From assembly GCA_036275695.1 (NCBI GenBank), contig DASUDI010000021.1, forward strand, positions 5,311 through 69,310: 64,000 nucleotides of DNA. Direction: 5' to 3'. A program made the position numbers and the translations under genes. The notes beneath the pieces are model-generated. The model was not told where the DNA came from, ran no database searches, and saw only the letters and a program-made list of their open reading frames with translations. Positions within the stretch are counted from its first letter, which is position 1, and each line of letters starts with the position of its first letter. The stretch comes from Minisyncoccota bacterium. Lineage in GTDB: Bacteria; Patescibacteriota; Minisyncoccia; Phycocordibacterales; UBA918. Below, piece by piece: positions 17,975 through 30,156 of this stretch.

Positions 17975-20362
17975 CTACTGGACAATGATATTGATAATTT
18001 TGTTAGGGACAAAAACTACGCGCCTCACCTCACCGGTAAGGCGAGAATTTAAAAGCGAATCTTGCGTTACTGTGGCAAAAACAACCTCTTCTGGTGCGTC
18101 AGTATCTACCTCAACAGTTCCACGCATTTTACCGTTGATTTGGACACCGATAGTGGTCCTTTTTGTGATGATTTTTGTAACGTCTGCAACTGGTAGTAAT
18201 TCGTTATGAATTGATGTTATATTTCCTTCATTGCTCCACAGTTCCTCTGCTAGGTGAGGGGCAAATGGCGCGAGCATGCGAAGGAATGTTTGATATGAAT
18301 CATGACTTAATCCATGTTGTTCCGCGTGATTTACAAAAATCATAAGTGCACTGATTGCGGTATTAAATTTATAAAGCATGATGTCACTCGTTACCTTCTG
18401 AATTGTTTTTTGAAGCAACTGCGTTGTTTCAGTGTTCTCCTGAGTACTTATTTTGTGTTCATGTAATCCGTTTACACGCTCAAGAAAGCGTCTGATGCCC
18501 GCTATACCACCCACATCCCACGGATAACTTCCTGGCTCCCCGTAGGGACCCATGAACGCAAGAAACATTTTGACCGTATCCGCACCAAGGAGAGTAACCT
18601 GCGCGTCGGGATCGATAACATTTCCTTTTGATTTACTCATTTTATTACCATCAGGACCTAACACAAGACCACGGTTCACGCGCTTGCGGTACGGCTCCGT
18701 TTCAGCAACTAATCCAAGTGAGTAAAGTGCCTTATGCCAAAATCGTGAATACAAAAGGTGCATGGTGGTATGCTCAGATCCACCAAAGTAGACATCAATC
18801 GGTAGCCACGCATCCTGATTTTCTTGTGTGCAGAACGTTTCATTGTTATGGGTGTCAAGATAGCGCAGGTAGTACCACGAAGAATCAACAAAAGTATCCA
18901 TAGTTTCAACCTCAGGCGTCCATCCCTCGCCGAATATGCGTTCAGTGCGTTCCTTTAATTCTGAACTTTTCGCAAGTGGTGGTTCGCCTGTGGGGGTGAA
19001 ATCAACATCAGTGGGCAAATGCCATGGAAGATGCTCGCGAGGAATCGAGTGAGGTACTCCCTCGGGGCTATATACAATGGGTATCGGCACACCCCAATAC
19101 CGTTGGCGACCAATTGACCAGTCGCGAAGACGATAGGTGTTTGTAAGTCTTCCTCCCACGTGCTCAGCTATTGCTTTTTTTGCTTGCTCTGAATGCATGC
19201 CGTCATAGGGGCCTGAATTTTTGAGCACGCCCACACGAGTTGTGGGTAATTCGTCAATAGTTTCAGAGTCAATTACTGAAATGATGTTAATGTTATATTT
19301 TTTAGCAAAAGCGAAATCACGTTCATCGTGCGCAGGGACTGCCATGATGGCACCGGTGCCATATGCTTTAAGTACGTAGTCTGCGATGTATACGGGTATC
19401 GACTCTCCATTTGCGGGGTTTACTGCGGTTATTCCAATGAGACACACTCCTGTCTTTTCTTTTTCATTTTTGGTTCGAGTAACATCATCCTTTGTGGCAG
19501 TCGCGCGTATATACGCATCGACCGCATCCCAGTTTTTAATGCTTGCTTTATGCTTCTGTACAAGGTCATGTTCGGGTGCGAGAACGAGATACGTTGTACC
19601 GTAGAGTGTGTCGGGACGAGTGGTAAATACGGTTACACTGTCTCCTGTAGAAAGTGGAAAATCTATTTCCGCGCCTCTGCTTCTCCCAATCCACTGACGC
19701 TGTGCTTCCTTGATATATTCAGGCCATTCGGTGAGTGTGTCGAGATCATCAATGAGCGCATCAGCAAATTGCGTAATGCGAAGCATCCATTGAGGCATCT
19801 CCTTTCGAATAATTTCATCACCTGAACGTTCACATAACCCATTATGGACTTGTTCGTTGGCAATAACGGTATTGCATCCAGGACACCAATTTACCATTGC
19901 CGTACCCCGATACGCAATGTCATTTTCAAAAAATTGCGTAAACATCCACTGTGTCCATTTATAATACTCTGGATCAGTTGATTGTGTGGTTTTATCCCAT
20001 GAAAATGAGTTACCCATGCTCTCCAACTGTTTAGTCATGTAGGTGATGTTTTCAGTAGTCCATATATCAGGATTCTTACCATGTTTTATCGCTGCGTTTT
20101 CCGCAGGAAGTCCAAACGCGTCAAAGCCAATGGGAAAAAGAACTTGTTTCCCCTTCATGCGTGCAGCGCGCGCATAAATATCTACCACCGCAAACGCATG
20201 CCAGTGACCTATATGAAGATTTCCAGATGGGTATGGCCACTCGACAAGTATATATTCTTTCTCCCTTTTTTTGTCGCGAGTACCAACGTCATAGATTCTT
20301 TGCTCCTTCCATTGTTTCTGCCATTTCTGTTCAATGGAAATGTGGTCGAACTTCTTGTGCAT
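17975..20362 (-). CDS. leuS: leucine--tRNA ligase
   Basis: 795 aa. MHKKFDHISIEQKWQKQW…, the HIGH motif (PYPSGNLHIGHW), and KMSKS (NKMSKSKGNVI). Confidence 0.9.
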   Translation of the reverse strand: MHKKFDHISIEQKWQKQWKEQRIYDVGTRDKKREKEYILVEWPYPSGNLHIGHWHAFAVVDIYARAARMKGKQVLFPIGFDAFGLPAENAAIKHGKNPDIWTTENITYMTKQLESMGNSFSWDKTTQSTDPEYYKWTQWMFTQFFENDIAYRGTAMVNWCPGCNTVIANEQVHNGLCERSGDEIIRKEMPQWMLRITQFADALIDDLDTLTEWPEYIKEAQRQWIGRSRGAEIDFPLSTGDSVTVFTTRPDTLYGTTYLVLAPEHDLVQKHKASIKNWDAVDAYIRATATKDDVTRTKNEKEKTGVCLIGITAVNPANGESIPVYIADYVLKAYGTGAIMAVPAHDERDFAFAKKYNINIISVIDSETIDELPTTRVGVLKNSGPYDGMHSEQAKKAIAEHVGGRLTNTYRLRDWSIGRQRYWGVPIPIVYSPEGVPHSIPREHLPWHLPTDVDFTPTGEPPLAKSSELKERTERIFGEGWTPEVETMDTFVDSSWYYLRYLDTHNNETFCTQENQDAWLPIDVYFGGSEHTTMHLLYSRFWHKALYSLGLVAETEPYRKRVNRGLVLGPDGNKMSKSKGNVIDPDAQVTLLGADTVKMFLAFMGPYGEPGSYPWDVGGIAGIRRFLERVNGLHEHKISTQENTETTQLLQKTIQKVTSDIMLYKFNTAISALMIFVNHAEQHGLSHDSYQTFLRMLAPFAPHLAEELWSNEGNITSIHNELLPVADVTKIITKRTTIGVQINGKMRGTVEVDTDAPEEVVFATVTQDSLLNSRLTGEVRRVVFVPNKIINIIVQ

Positions 20363-20416
20363 ACTAAATAACGCTTAAAATAAAGATAATTTTGTAAAAT
20401 ACTACACTGTAATGAC

Positions 20417-21403
20417 TTATTTTAGAATAGAAGTATCGGTAATTACGCGAGTGTAGCACCAGTCACCACTGCCGTGTTCCCAGGTAATTGGCCTGCTCAG
20501 CGAATCAAGTGGCGTTGAATAGTTTATGTATTCTTCACCAAGTTTTGATGATGTGTAGAATTGAGCGCAAAGTTTATAGGTACTTTCATCTACTACGTCA
20601 TATGTATATGGTGTACGTGTCTTCGGTGCGTGCGGTACTTCGATACCCACAAAAGTCGCTTCTAGATTAGTGGGAAGTGTTTTGTTTGTGTAGTAGTAGA
20701 CTTCTATCTGTGATTGTATAATTATGAGATCTTGCACTTGTTTATCATCGAGCCGCATCTCACGAACTTCCGCAGGTCCTTCCATATTTGTATAGCCGAA
20801 AATAATAGATGCGATAACAAATATCGATGCCATGATGCCATATTTTTGTGAATCACGTTCATGTGTCTGCCAGTATCCGCGCACATCAAAAATGTAGTAG
20901 GTAAATGCACTCCCCACAACCGCGAGAAATACACACGCTTTAAGGATAAAGCGCACAGTGAGTTCACCATTGAGAAAAGTGTTTATAATCATAACAAGAT
21001 CACCAAGCAATACCCCGCCACCAATAAGCAACGATAAGTACATGAGCCAGCGAGTGAGTGAAAGATATGAGCCATCATGTACTCGTCGTGCACGATTTAC
21101 AAGTTTCGTAAGTGAAACATACGTTGGGAAGAAAACTATGAGCATCGCAATAGCAACACGTATATTTGACGCTGCGCTCTCATACTCCCAATAAGCATTT
21201 ACCTCATCTGGGTAGATAATGGTTATAGTGCCCAAAAAGAGCATAATGAGCGCAGTGAGCGACACGTAAAGCGAGATGAGAGCGCCTAACTGGATCGCGA
21301 AGTTCTTTGCATTGTGTTCCATGTATTGTATTGTGCATCCGATACTCATTTTTGTAAACAGACCACTGATGTGTGGCGAGTGTGGTATGATTACGAAAAT
21401 CAT
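20417..21403 (-). CDS. hypothetical polytopic membrane protein
   Basis: 328 aa with about 6 predicted TM helices. No family recognised. Confidence 0.5.
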   Translation of the reverse strand: MIFVIIPHSPHISGLFTKMSIGCTIQYMEHNAKNFAIQLGALISLYVSLTALIMLFLGTITIIYPDEVNAYWEYESAASNIRVAIAMLIVFFPTYVSLTKLVNRARRVHDGSYLSLTRWLMYLSLLIGGGVLLGDLVMIINTFLNGELTVRFILKACVFLAVVGSAFTYYIFDVRGYWQTHERDSQKYGIMASIFVIASIIFGYTNMEGPAEVREMRLDDKQVQDLIIIQSQIEVYYYTNKTLPTNLEATFVGIEVPHAPKTRTPYTYDVVDESTYKLCAQFYTSSKLGEEYINYSTPLDSLSRPITWEHGSGDWCYTRVITDTSILK

Positions 21404-21423
21404 TATTTAATAAATGCATATTC

Positions 21424-21693
21424 ATGAAATCAGATGACCTACAAAAAGCACCAAAGATGTTTTGTGAGAATATTAAGATAGGTTTTACGCCAGAATATTT
21501 TGTACTTGGGCTTAGTTCGGGATCACAAGCAACCATCTATTCACTCACACCTCAACACGCCAAGCGACTCCAACAGTATCTTGCGCACGAGATAGAACAA
21601 TATGAGAAATCACATGATGTCATTAGTGCTGAATGGAACCCGAATATTGTGAGCCCAGTGCAACACATCAAGCCCCCAGGAGATTTAAGTTAG
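21424..21693 (+). CDS. hypothetical small protein
   Basis: 89 aa. One of the few plus-strand ORFs. It is divergent from the neighbouring membrane protein and is followed by a hairpin terminator. Confidence 0.4.
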   Translation: MKSDDLQKAPKMFCENIKIGFTPEYFVLGLSSGSQATIYSLTPQHAKRLQQYLAHEIEQYEKSHDVISAEWNPNIVSPVQHIKPPGDLS

Positions 21694-21700
21694 CTGTATC

Positions 21701-21727
21701 AAAACCCCACGTATGCGTGGAGTTTTG
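21701..21727. terminator. bidirectional hairpin terminator (AAAACCCCACG-tatg-CGTGGAGTTTT)
   Basis: Stem with one mismatch, flanked by A/T runs. It lies between the convergent genes 21424..21693 (+) and dsbB (-). Confidence 0.5.
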
Positions 21728-21728
21728 A

Positions 21729-22274
21729 TTAAGTGGTGGGATGTGTATTAGTTCTTGTTTTCAAAATGTAGGTATACCACACAACGAGAAATGCAAATAG
21801 AATCGCTGCCAAAAGTGGAAAGGTAACAAAACCAAACTCAAACATAAATCGCTTCGCACAATCTCCTCCCGAGCTTGGGCAAGCTATGAATGAAGACCCA
21901 CCCATTTGTATGTAGTGATGATACAGTGATATGACAAGCCCAATCCATGAGAGTACAATTCCATGACGAGGCATGAAGCGCTCCTTAAAATATAGGGCGG
22001 TGAGTACGAGTGGCACTTGTGTCCACAACATCATTCGCTCAAGCCAACAAAATCCGCACGGGACAAGACCAAATACCTCAGAATAGAGGAGCGTAAGAAG
22101 TGTAGCGAAAAACGTAAGAAAAAGTGCCCCATGCATACCTACCTTTTCAATAATCTCGCGAAAATTTTGCTTAGTACGCAAATCAATGAAGAGGAGCACT
22201 CCAAATACCCCTAGTATAAGTGACGTAGTCGCAAGCAGAATGTTTGTCTGCTGGATGAGTTCGATGGTCACCAT
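21729..22274 (-). CDS. dsbB: disulfide bond formation protein B (DsbB/BdbC family)
   Basis: 181 aa, 4 TM. The first-loop CxxC (LVPCGFCWLERM) and second-loop Cys pair (FIACPSSGGDCAKR) are typical of DsbB. Confidence 0.75.
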   Translation of the reverse strand: MVTIELIQQTNILLATTSLILGVFGVLLFIDLRTKQNFREIIEKVGMHGALFLTFFATLLTLLYSEVFGLVPCGFCWLERMMLWTQVPLVLTALYFKERFMPRHGIVLSWIGLVISLYHHYIQMGGSSFIACPSSGGDCAKRFMFEFGFVTFPLLAAILFAFLVVWYTYILKTRTNTHPTT

Positions 22275-22280
22275 ACTGGT

Positions 22281-22706
22281 TTAAGATTGTGGAGGTGTGG
22301 GTATCACGCACCCCGTCTTTTCAGCAAGTTTTTCAAATGTTAATTCCCCATTCTCTCGTGAACCATCAGCAAAAACCCACGTAGGGTACCCCGTAATTTC
22401 CTTATCAATGCAAATTGGTAATTGACCTTTGCCATCTGGCGTTGAACACTCTACGTAGGGTAATTTCTTTGAATTATTAAAAAGTTTCTTTTGCGCCTGG
22501 CAGTGTGGACACCAATATGCTCCGTAGAATGTGGCACCACTATCTCCAATGCACTGCGCGAATGTGTCGTATGGAGTCACTGAATTTGTCGCGGTATCGG
22601 ACTCTTTATTTGAAAGTGTTTTAATGCCAATCACTCCGCCCACTATAAGAATGGCCACGATAATGTATATGTGTGTTGTTTTCATATGCGTAAGTATATC
22701 ATACAC
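22281..22706 (-). CDS. membrane-anchored thioredoxin-fold oxidoreductase with a DsbA-type CPHC active site
   Basis: N-terminal TM (IYIIVAILIVGGVIG), then …GAYWCPHCQAQKKLF… Immediately upstream and co-directional with dsbB, as in BdbC/BdbD-like pairs. Confidence 0.7.
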   Translation of the reverse strand: MYDILTHMKTTHIYIIVAILIVGGVIGIKTLSNKESDTATNSVTPYDTFAQCIGDSGATFYGAYWCPHCQAQKKLFNNSKKLPYVECSTPDGKGQLPICIDKEITGYPTWVFADGSRENGELTFEKLAEKTGCVIPTPPQS

Positions 22707-22730
22707 AATGAATATACAAGTAACACATCA

Positions 22731-24530
22731 CTACCCTCTCCGAGTGCGTGAACGCTCTCCCTCTTTCAAAACCTGTTTACGAAGTCGTACTGACTGTGGC
22801 GTTACTTCAAGATAATCATCGTCACTCATAATTTCAAGTCCGATTTCAATACTTAATGGTCGGTGAGGGGTGAGCATAATGGCGTCATCCGAACCCGATG
22901 CACGAACGTTTGTGAGCTGTTTGCCCTTTGTGGGGTTTACCATCATTTCTTCACCTTTTGAAGTATTGCCAATTATCATGCCTTCGTATACCTCAGCGCC
23001 TGGTCCTACATAGAGTTCACCTCTATCTTGTAGGTTCCATAACGAAAATCCAAGTGCCTTCCCTGATGCCATTGAGACCATTGATCCCGTTTGTCGTTTC
23101 TTTATCTCACCCGCGTATGGCTTAAAGCCAATGACGGTTGAACATAAAATGCCTTCGCCGCGTGTATCAACAATAAATTGATTTTTATACCCAAGAAGTC
23201 CGCGCGTAGGTCCTTCGAGGATAATGCGCACCTGGTCTCCGTGCATAATCATATTGGTCATAATAAACCCTCGTCTACCAAGTTTTTCAATTACCGCACC
23301 TTGATACTCACTCGGTATATCGACAGTCACTTCTTCAAAAGGCTCGTACTTCCCATCTGCGCGCTCCTCAATGATGGCTTGTGGTTGTGAGACTTGCAAT
23401 TCATATCCCTCGCGACGCATGTTTTCAAGAAGAATGGATATATGCATTTCTCCACGTCCATATACTTTAAAAATATCGCCGGTACCAAAATCAACTTTGA
23501 GGCCAACGTTAATTTCTAGCTCCTTTTCAAGTCGCTCGCGTATTTGTCGTGAGGTCACGAACTTTCCTTCTCTCCCTGCGAATGGAGAATTATTGACAAG
23601 AAAATCAAGTGCGATAGTCGGTTGATCGACCGCTATCGCGGGGAGTGGAGTGGCACTCTCGGTGTCAGTGAGAGTCTCGCCAATATATATATCCTCAAAT
23701 CCAGACACGATAACAATATCACCTGCGTAGGCAACGTCAGACTCAACGCGTTCGATACCCTTAAAGGTAAAAAGTTTTGTAACCTTCCCTTTTCGAAATG
23801 AGCCACCATCATGAATGATGAATAGGTTTTGTCCGTTCTTAATTGCGCCCTCATAAATACGTGCGATAGCAAGTCTTCCAAGAAAATTATCATAGCCAAG
23901 ATTAAATACCTGCGCTCGGAGCGGAGATCCTTCTACATAACTCTGTGCGGGTGGTACTTTCTCAAGAATGGTATCAAGAAGTGGCGTGAGATCTTTTCGT
24001 TCATCACTGAGCGCGCGCATCGCGACACCATCACGACCAATAGCGTACACAACAGTAAAGTCCGCCTGCTCATCATTTGCGCCAAGTTCAAGGAAAAGTT
24101 CGAGCACCAATTCTTCAGCGTGAGCGGGGTTTGCTGCGGGTTTATCAATTTTGTTAATTACTACAATTGGTTTAAGGCCGAGTTCGAGTGATTTTTTGAG
24201 TACAAAACGCGTTTGTGGCATCGGACCTTCTTGTGCATCTACGACGAGGAGTACAGAATCTATGGAACGAAGTACACGTTCTACCTCTGAGCCAAAGTCA
24301 GCGTGTCCGGGAGTGTCAACAATATTTATCTTAGTATCTTTATAGGTAATCGAAGTATTTTTCGCGTAAATGGTGATGCCGCGTTCCTTTTCAAGCGCGT
24401 TAGAATCCATAGAGGCAGTTTCATCCGAGAGTGCGCCTGTTTGCTTCATGATTGCATCAGTGAGTGTTGTCTTTCCGTGGTCTACGTGCGCAATGATAGC
24501 GATATTTCGTGTTTCTTGTGTATGTGACAT
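22731..24530 (-). CDS. typA: translational GTPase TypA/BipA
   Basis: 599 aa. …[21 protein letters not shown]…, [13 protein letters not shown]. The length and EF-G-like domain order are typical of BipA. Confidence 0.9.
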   Translation of the reverse strand: MSHTQETRNIAIIAHVDHGKTTLTDAIMKQTGALSDETASMDSNALEKERGITIYAKNTSITYKDTKINIVDTPGHADFGSEVERVLRSIDSVLLVVDAQEGPMPQTRFVLKKSLELGLKPIVVINKIDKPAANPAHAEELVLELFLELGANDEQADFTVVYAIGRDGVAMRALSDERKDLTPLLDTILEKVPPAQSYVEGSPLRAQVFNLGYDNFLGRLAIARIYEGAIKNGQNLFIIHDGGSFRKGKVTKLFTFKGIERVESDVAYAGDIVIVSGFEDIYIGETLTDTESATPLPAIAVDQPTIALDFLVNNSPFAGREGKFVTSRQIRERLEKELEINVGLKVDFGTGDIFKVYGRGEMHISILLENMRREGYELQVSQPQAIIEERADGKYEPFEEVTVDIPSEYQGAVIEKLGRRGFIMTNMIMHGDQVRIILEGPTRGLLGYKNQFIVDTRGEGILCSTVIGFKPYAGEIKKRQTGSMVSMASGKALGFSLWNLQDRGELYVGPGAEVYEGMIIGNTSKGEEMMVNPTKGKQLTNVRASGSDDAIMLTPHRPLSIEIGLEIMSDDDYLEVTPQSVRLRKQVLKEGERSRTRRG

Positions 24531-24641
24531 AAAATAAAAATGCCCGTTTCGGGCTGGAATATGGCTCTATAATACTAATAATACGTATTTTCGTCAAGTT
24601 CAAACTATCGCCTTCTGGTATTGATATGGTAAAATATACTT

Positions 24642-24962
24642 ATGAGCGAAATTCGCGGTGGGACGCATACGACCCTTACTGAAACTTCGGAAGAAGTGGT
24701 TCGCGTACTCACATTAATCCCTGGTGTTACAAAAATAGCGCCCGGAGTTATAAGTTCAGAGCGCTCGAAAGGTGGAAAGCGATATATCACTGCCTCATTT
24801 ACTAATGCTGGCATGGAGTTACTTATTGTGGGTCAGGGAGCCCAAAAAGTCGCAGTGCACTGTAACCCCGACATTGCTCCTTATATTTATGCCACACTTT
24901 CTCAACATAAAGTCCTAAAAAATTATACATTCAGGACTCGCGTACGGCGACCAGGTCTCTGA
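24642..24962 (+). CDS. hypothetical protein
   Basis: 106 aa plus-strand ORF. It is preceded by a TGgTAAAAT extended -10-like sequence at about 24622..24630. Confidence 0.4.
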   Translation: MSEIRGGTHTTLTETSEEVVRVLTLIPGVTKIAPGVISSERSKGGKRYITASFTNAGMELLIVGQGAQKVAVHCNPDIAPYIYATLSQHKVLKNYTFRTRVRRPGL

Positions 24963-25212
24963 TTAGTATTTCCTTCTGTTTCCTCGAAAGTTTTTTAATG
25001 CGAGCTTCTTCTTTTTGCGCCTCACTTCGCGTGAGTGCGTACGATACGTGAAACATTTTTTTGACTCCATGAGTACGTGTGTATTTTGCACTATGCTTGT
25101 CGCTCAGGTGTTCCCTAAAACGTCTTTCAAGGTTGGTGGAAATTCCCGTATAAAGCGTGTCGTCCTTGCATTTAATGATGTATACGTACCACATGCATTG
25201 AGTATACTGCAT
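24931..25212 (-). CDS. GIY-YIG nuclease family protein (UPF0213/YhbQ-like, stand-alone)
   Basis: …YVYIIKCKDDTLYTGISTNLERRFREH… is a GIY-YIG motif with the R and E residues. 93 aa. Confidence 0.65.
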   Translation of the reverse strand: MQYTQCMWYVYIIKCKDDTLYTGISTNLERRFREHLSDKHSAKYTRTHGVKKMFHVSYALTRSEAQKEEARIKKLSRKQKEILIRDLVAVRES

Positions 25213-25255
25213 TTATTTTTCGTACCTGCAATGTAACTGTTTACTGTAAGAGATA

Positions 25256-26356
25256 TTATCCTACCATGAACTCAATCACATCACCGTCATGTACAATATA
25301 CTCCTTGCCCTCGGTGCGTAATTTTCCTTGTTCTCGTGCTTTTGCAAATGAGCCCGCACGCACTAAGTCATCAAAAGTTACAACCTGAGCGCGAATGTAT
25401 CGCGTTTTAAAATCAGTGTGGATTGCAGCTCCCGCCTCAGGACCTGACGCTCCGATAGGAACGGTCCACGCGCGCGTTTCTTTCTCGCCTGTGGTGAAAT
25501 ATGACATGAGACCGAGTCGGTGGTAGCACGCGCGAATGAGCGTATCAATACCCGAGTCTAGCGTCGCGTATTCGCGACGAAACATAACTTTTTCCTCTTC
25601 ATCAAGATCCCTAAGCTCATGCTCCACGCCCGCATCAATAATGACATACTCAGAGTTGGTCTCATCCATGAAATTCATAAGTTCTACCCAACGCTCATCA
25701 TTAGTTTCGTCAAAATTATACGCGCCATGTTTCTTATTGAGTACATAAAGTATTTTTTTCATGGTAAGCAAATGAAGGTGCTTTATACTATTACGCTCAC
25801 TATCTTCAAATTCAAAAGAGCGCGCAAGTCTCCCTGTTTCCAAGTGCCGACCAAGGCGTGTGAGAAGTTCATATTCAGTACTCGCATCCTTGTCGCCGCG
25901 CTTTGCGTCACGCTCCACGTTGATAAGGCGTTTTGAAACCGTTTCCGCGTCCGCCATAATGAGTTCAAGATTAATTACCTCAATGTCTGACATGGGGTCT
26001 ACCGCACCCGAGACGTGTACTACATCTGAGTCCTCAAAAATGCGCACCACTTCTGCAATCATGTCTACTTCACGAATATTTGCAAGAAATTTATTACCAA
26101 GTCCTTCTCCTGCGGATGCACCCTTCACAAGTCCCGCAATATCAACAAATTCAACAATTGCGGGTATGACTTTCTCTGACCCTGAAAGATTTGAAAGTGT
26201 CGCGAGGCGAGGGTCGGGTACCGCAACGATACCGACAGAGGGGTCGATAGTACAAAACGGATAGTTTTCCGCAGGTACTGAGTTTTTAGTAAGCGCATTA
26301 AATAAAGTGCTCTTCCCCACATTTGGGAGACCGACAATTCCGACTGATAGTGACAT
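25256..26356 (-). CDS. ychF: ribosome-binding ATPase YchF (Obg-like)
   Basis: 366 aa. G1 motif GIVGLPNVGKSTLFNALT, then …NYPFCTIDP…, and a C-terminal TGS domain. Confidence 0.9.
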   Translation of the reverse strand: MSLSVGIVGLPNVGKSTLFNALTKNSVPAENYPFCTIDPSVGIVAVPDPRLATLSNLSGSEKVIPAIVEFVDIAGLVKGASAGEGLGNKFLANIREVDMIAEVVRIFEDSDVVHVSGAVDPMSDIEVINLELIMADAETVSKRLINVERDAKRGDKDASTEYELLTRLGRHLETGRLARSFEFEDSERNSIKHLHLLTMKKILYVLNKKHGAYNFDETNDERWVELMNFMDETNSEYVIIDAGVEHELRDLDEEEKVMFRREYATLDSGIDTLIRACYHRLGLMSYFTTGEKETRAWTVPIGASGPEAGAAIHTDFKTRYIRAQVVTFDDLVRAGSFAKAREQGKLRTEGKEYIVHDGDVIEFMVG

Positions 26357-26522
26357 GGTGCTAGACTACCAGAATTTCAAATAAAAATACAGTGTTTAAA
26401 ATAATTCAAAAGTGTGCTCTTTTTTAATCAACCTAAATACAGTGGACTTCAATACAATCGTGTGATAATTTTTTATAAATTTGTACATTCAGTTTGTTCT
26501 TTATAACTAAGTGAGGTATGAC

Positions 26523-27008
26523 ATGGGGTACGCTCCTACACTCGGTGGCCTTTATAAATTACAGGAATTTCTCACCCAACATGGTCACGAAATGCCCATT
26601 TTTTTTATGGACATTGATAACGCCACCGCGGGATATGAATGGTCACTTTCTAGTCAGCGTCAAGGTAGAAAAATTACAATTGAACGCGCAATCAAGAAGT
26701 ACGGTAAAACATCAGCTGTAATGAATGTTAAACTCAGCAGTGAATGCGAGAGGCGTTCCATAATTTTTTCCTCACCCACACATCTATCACTCAACAACCA
26801 CTGCGAACGCGACGTAATTTCACCACGTATGCCATCAGTAGTACTTAGCTATGTGGCACGAGAAAATGAATTTCTCCACTTTGTAAGTGGAAAAGATATT
26901 CACTCAAAAATCATTAATCTCTCGCGATGGGGAAAAGAAGACGTCACGCGAGGCGACCGAATACTCTTTAGTTTGTTTCCGTGGTACTACGCAAAAAAGT
27001 CATTTTAA
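26523..27008 (+). CDS. hypothetical protein
   Basis: The start is taken at ATG 26523 (MGYAPTLGG…), preceded by the SD-like GTGAGGT at 26510..26516. The ORF track begins at GTG 26511. No family recognised. Confidence 0.45.
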   Translation: MGYAPTLGGLYKLQEFLTQHGHEMPIFFMDIDNATAGYEWSLSSQRQGRKITIERAIKKYGKTSAVMNVKLSSECERRSIIFSSPTHLSLNNHCERDVISPRMPSVVLSYVARENEFLHFVSGKDIHSKIINLSRWGKEDVTRGDRILFSLFPWYYAKKSF

Positions 27009-27069
27009 ACGCATAACTACAAGTCCCCCGACAAAATGCCGGGGGACTTAATTTTTAAAATAAATATCG

Positions 27070-27645
27070 CTACATTCCCTTTGTACCTAAGTGATGGACT
27101 TTAACAATCCAGCGATTAAGTATTTTTTCCTCAACACGTTCGGATGGACCGAAAACACTTACATGTGTTTTTATTCCTGCAAAGCCAAGAATGCCATGTG
27201 TAATTTCGTTAGTGAAGTCACCAAATTTCCACCATGTTTTAAATGGTGAGTGCGTTCCAGCGACAACAATTACTCGCGCTGTTTTGCCCTTGAGTCTTTG
27301 AACAAGTTTTTTAGTTTGTTTGTCAAAATTGAATGCGAATCCAGGTAACCACATGCGGTCAAAAAGACCCTTTAAAACTGCGGGCATAGTGCACCACCAG
27401 TTTGGATAGATAAAGACGACATGATCAGCCTGAATAATTTCCTCTTGAAGATGTATGAGGTCTGGTTCGAGTGCTTGTATTTCTCGATATCCCGCGTGAA
27501 GAATTGGATCAAATTTAAGATCACTTATGTTTACTCGTTCAACATCAAAACCGGCGTCTTTCGCGCCACTCACATACGCATCTGCGAGCTTACCCGTAAA
27601 AGAATCGGTGTGAGGATTCCCCAGAAAAACTAGAATTTTTTTCAT
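27070..27645 (-). CDS. NAD(P)H dehydrogenase (quinone)-like flavodoxin-fold oxidoreductase (Flavodoxin_2 / general stress protein 14 family)
   Basis: MKKILVFLGNPHTDSFTGKLADAYVSGAKDAGFDVERVNISDLKFDPIL… matches the MdaB/NQO-like N-terminus. Confidence 0.65.
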   Translation of the reverse strand: MKKILVFLGNPHTDSFTGKLADAYVSGAKDAGFDVERVNISDLKFDPILHAGYREIQALEPDLIHLQEEIIQADHVVFIYPNWWCTMPAVLKGLFDRMWLPGFAFNFDKQTKKLVQRLKGKTARVIVVAGTHSPFKTWWKFGDFTNEITHGILGFAGIKTHVSVFGPSERVEEKILNRWIVKVHHLGTKGM

Positions 27646-27712
27646 AACAATTTACAACATCTTATCATACGTAAGAAACGTAAAAGATGTATTCGTGTGT
27701 ATTGTGGATATA

Positions 27713-28012
27713 TTATCTATGTATCGTGCCATTAGGGTTGAATTGTGTAGCGCTTCGATTTTGCGTTTGTGGCATTTTATCACCCATGAGTGCTTGCAAT
27801 TCTGCTTGATACTTTGGTAACACCTTCATAGCTGCTGCCATTTGATCTTTTCCACCTTTCATTTCTGCCTGAATTTCAAGAGCGATTTTTTCAAATAATT
27901 TTGGATCTTTTTCTACCATAGTCATGATGAGTTCTTGTTGATCCTTTGGCACATCCTTGAGTTGTTTCTCAAGAAGTTTACGCATCATGAAATTTTTTGC
28001 TTTACCTAACAT
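27713..28012 (-). CDS. hypothetical small helical protein
   Basis: 99 aa, Lys/Glu/Met-rich. No family recognised. Confidence 0.4.
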   Translation of the reverse strand: MLGKAKNFMMRKLLEKQLKDVPKDQQELIMTMVEKDPKLFEKIALEIQAEMKGGKDQMAAAMKVLPKYQAELQALMGDKMPQTQNRSATQFNPNGTIHR

Positions 28013-28157
28013 AGATGTAAATTATATCAGAAAGTACGCGGTACACAAAGTACTCGTTATTATGTTTTTGTAGTTATTACGCTCTATCCTGCTTGTGTAT
28101 TTTACAGGTACTTAAAACGTGATATATTTTGTTGGGTTTATTTTAATGGAGGTTCTA

Positions 28158-28379
28158 ATGACTGCGGGGAGTTCCTTGAATTTTAAGCAACGCAAAACCG
28201 TGTGCGACTGCGGTCGTCCACTACGACTTACGAACACTGATGGTGTGTGTGGGGCGTGTGCGTTAAAGAATGGTGCCATTGTGGGCGTACTTGGGCAAGA
28301 TTCGCCTGAAACTCGCTCCTATGGGAAGCCACACTCTGCACGAGCGTGGTATAGCGCAAGGCAAGAGCGAAGTTTGTGA
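28158..28379 (+). CDS. hypothetical small Cys4 (zinc-ribbon-like) protein
   Basis: The start is taken at ATG 28158 (MTAGSSLNF…), preceded by GGAGG at 28148..28152 with a 5-nt spacer. It carries CDC…CGAC. A strong terminator follows. Confidence 0.45.
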   Translation: MTAGSSLNFKQRKTVCDCGRPLRLTNTDGVCGACALKNGAIVGVLGQDSPETRSYGKPHSARAWYSARQERSL

Positions 28380-28384
28380 TAAAA

Positions 28385-28430
28385 ACACCCCCTTACACAA
28401 GGTGACAAGGGGGTGTTTTTTTTATTTTTA
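28385..28430. terminator. bidirectional rho-independent terminator (AAAAACACCCCC…GGGGGTGTTTTTTTTATTTTT)
   Basis: A GC-rich stem is flanked by an A-run and a long T-run. It lies between the convergent plus-strand ORF and atpC. Confidence 0.65.
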
Positions 28431-28434
28431 AAAC

Positions 28435-30100
<1,666 letters not shown>

Positions 30101-30156
30101 TCATAAACGCTGTATGCGACACATCACCTGTGTGGTGTGTCGGAACAGTGTTTATT

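Noticed and set aside
24541-24553. A small GCCCGTTTCGGGC hairpin just downstream of the typA start region.
   Set aside because: It lies upstream, not downstream, of typA on its coding strand and has only a 4-bp stem. It is more likely part of the divergent promoter region than a terminator.
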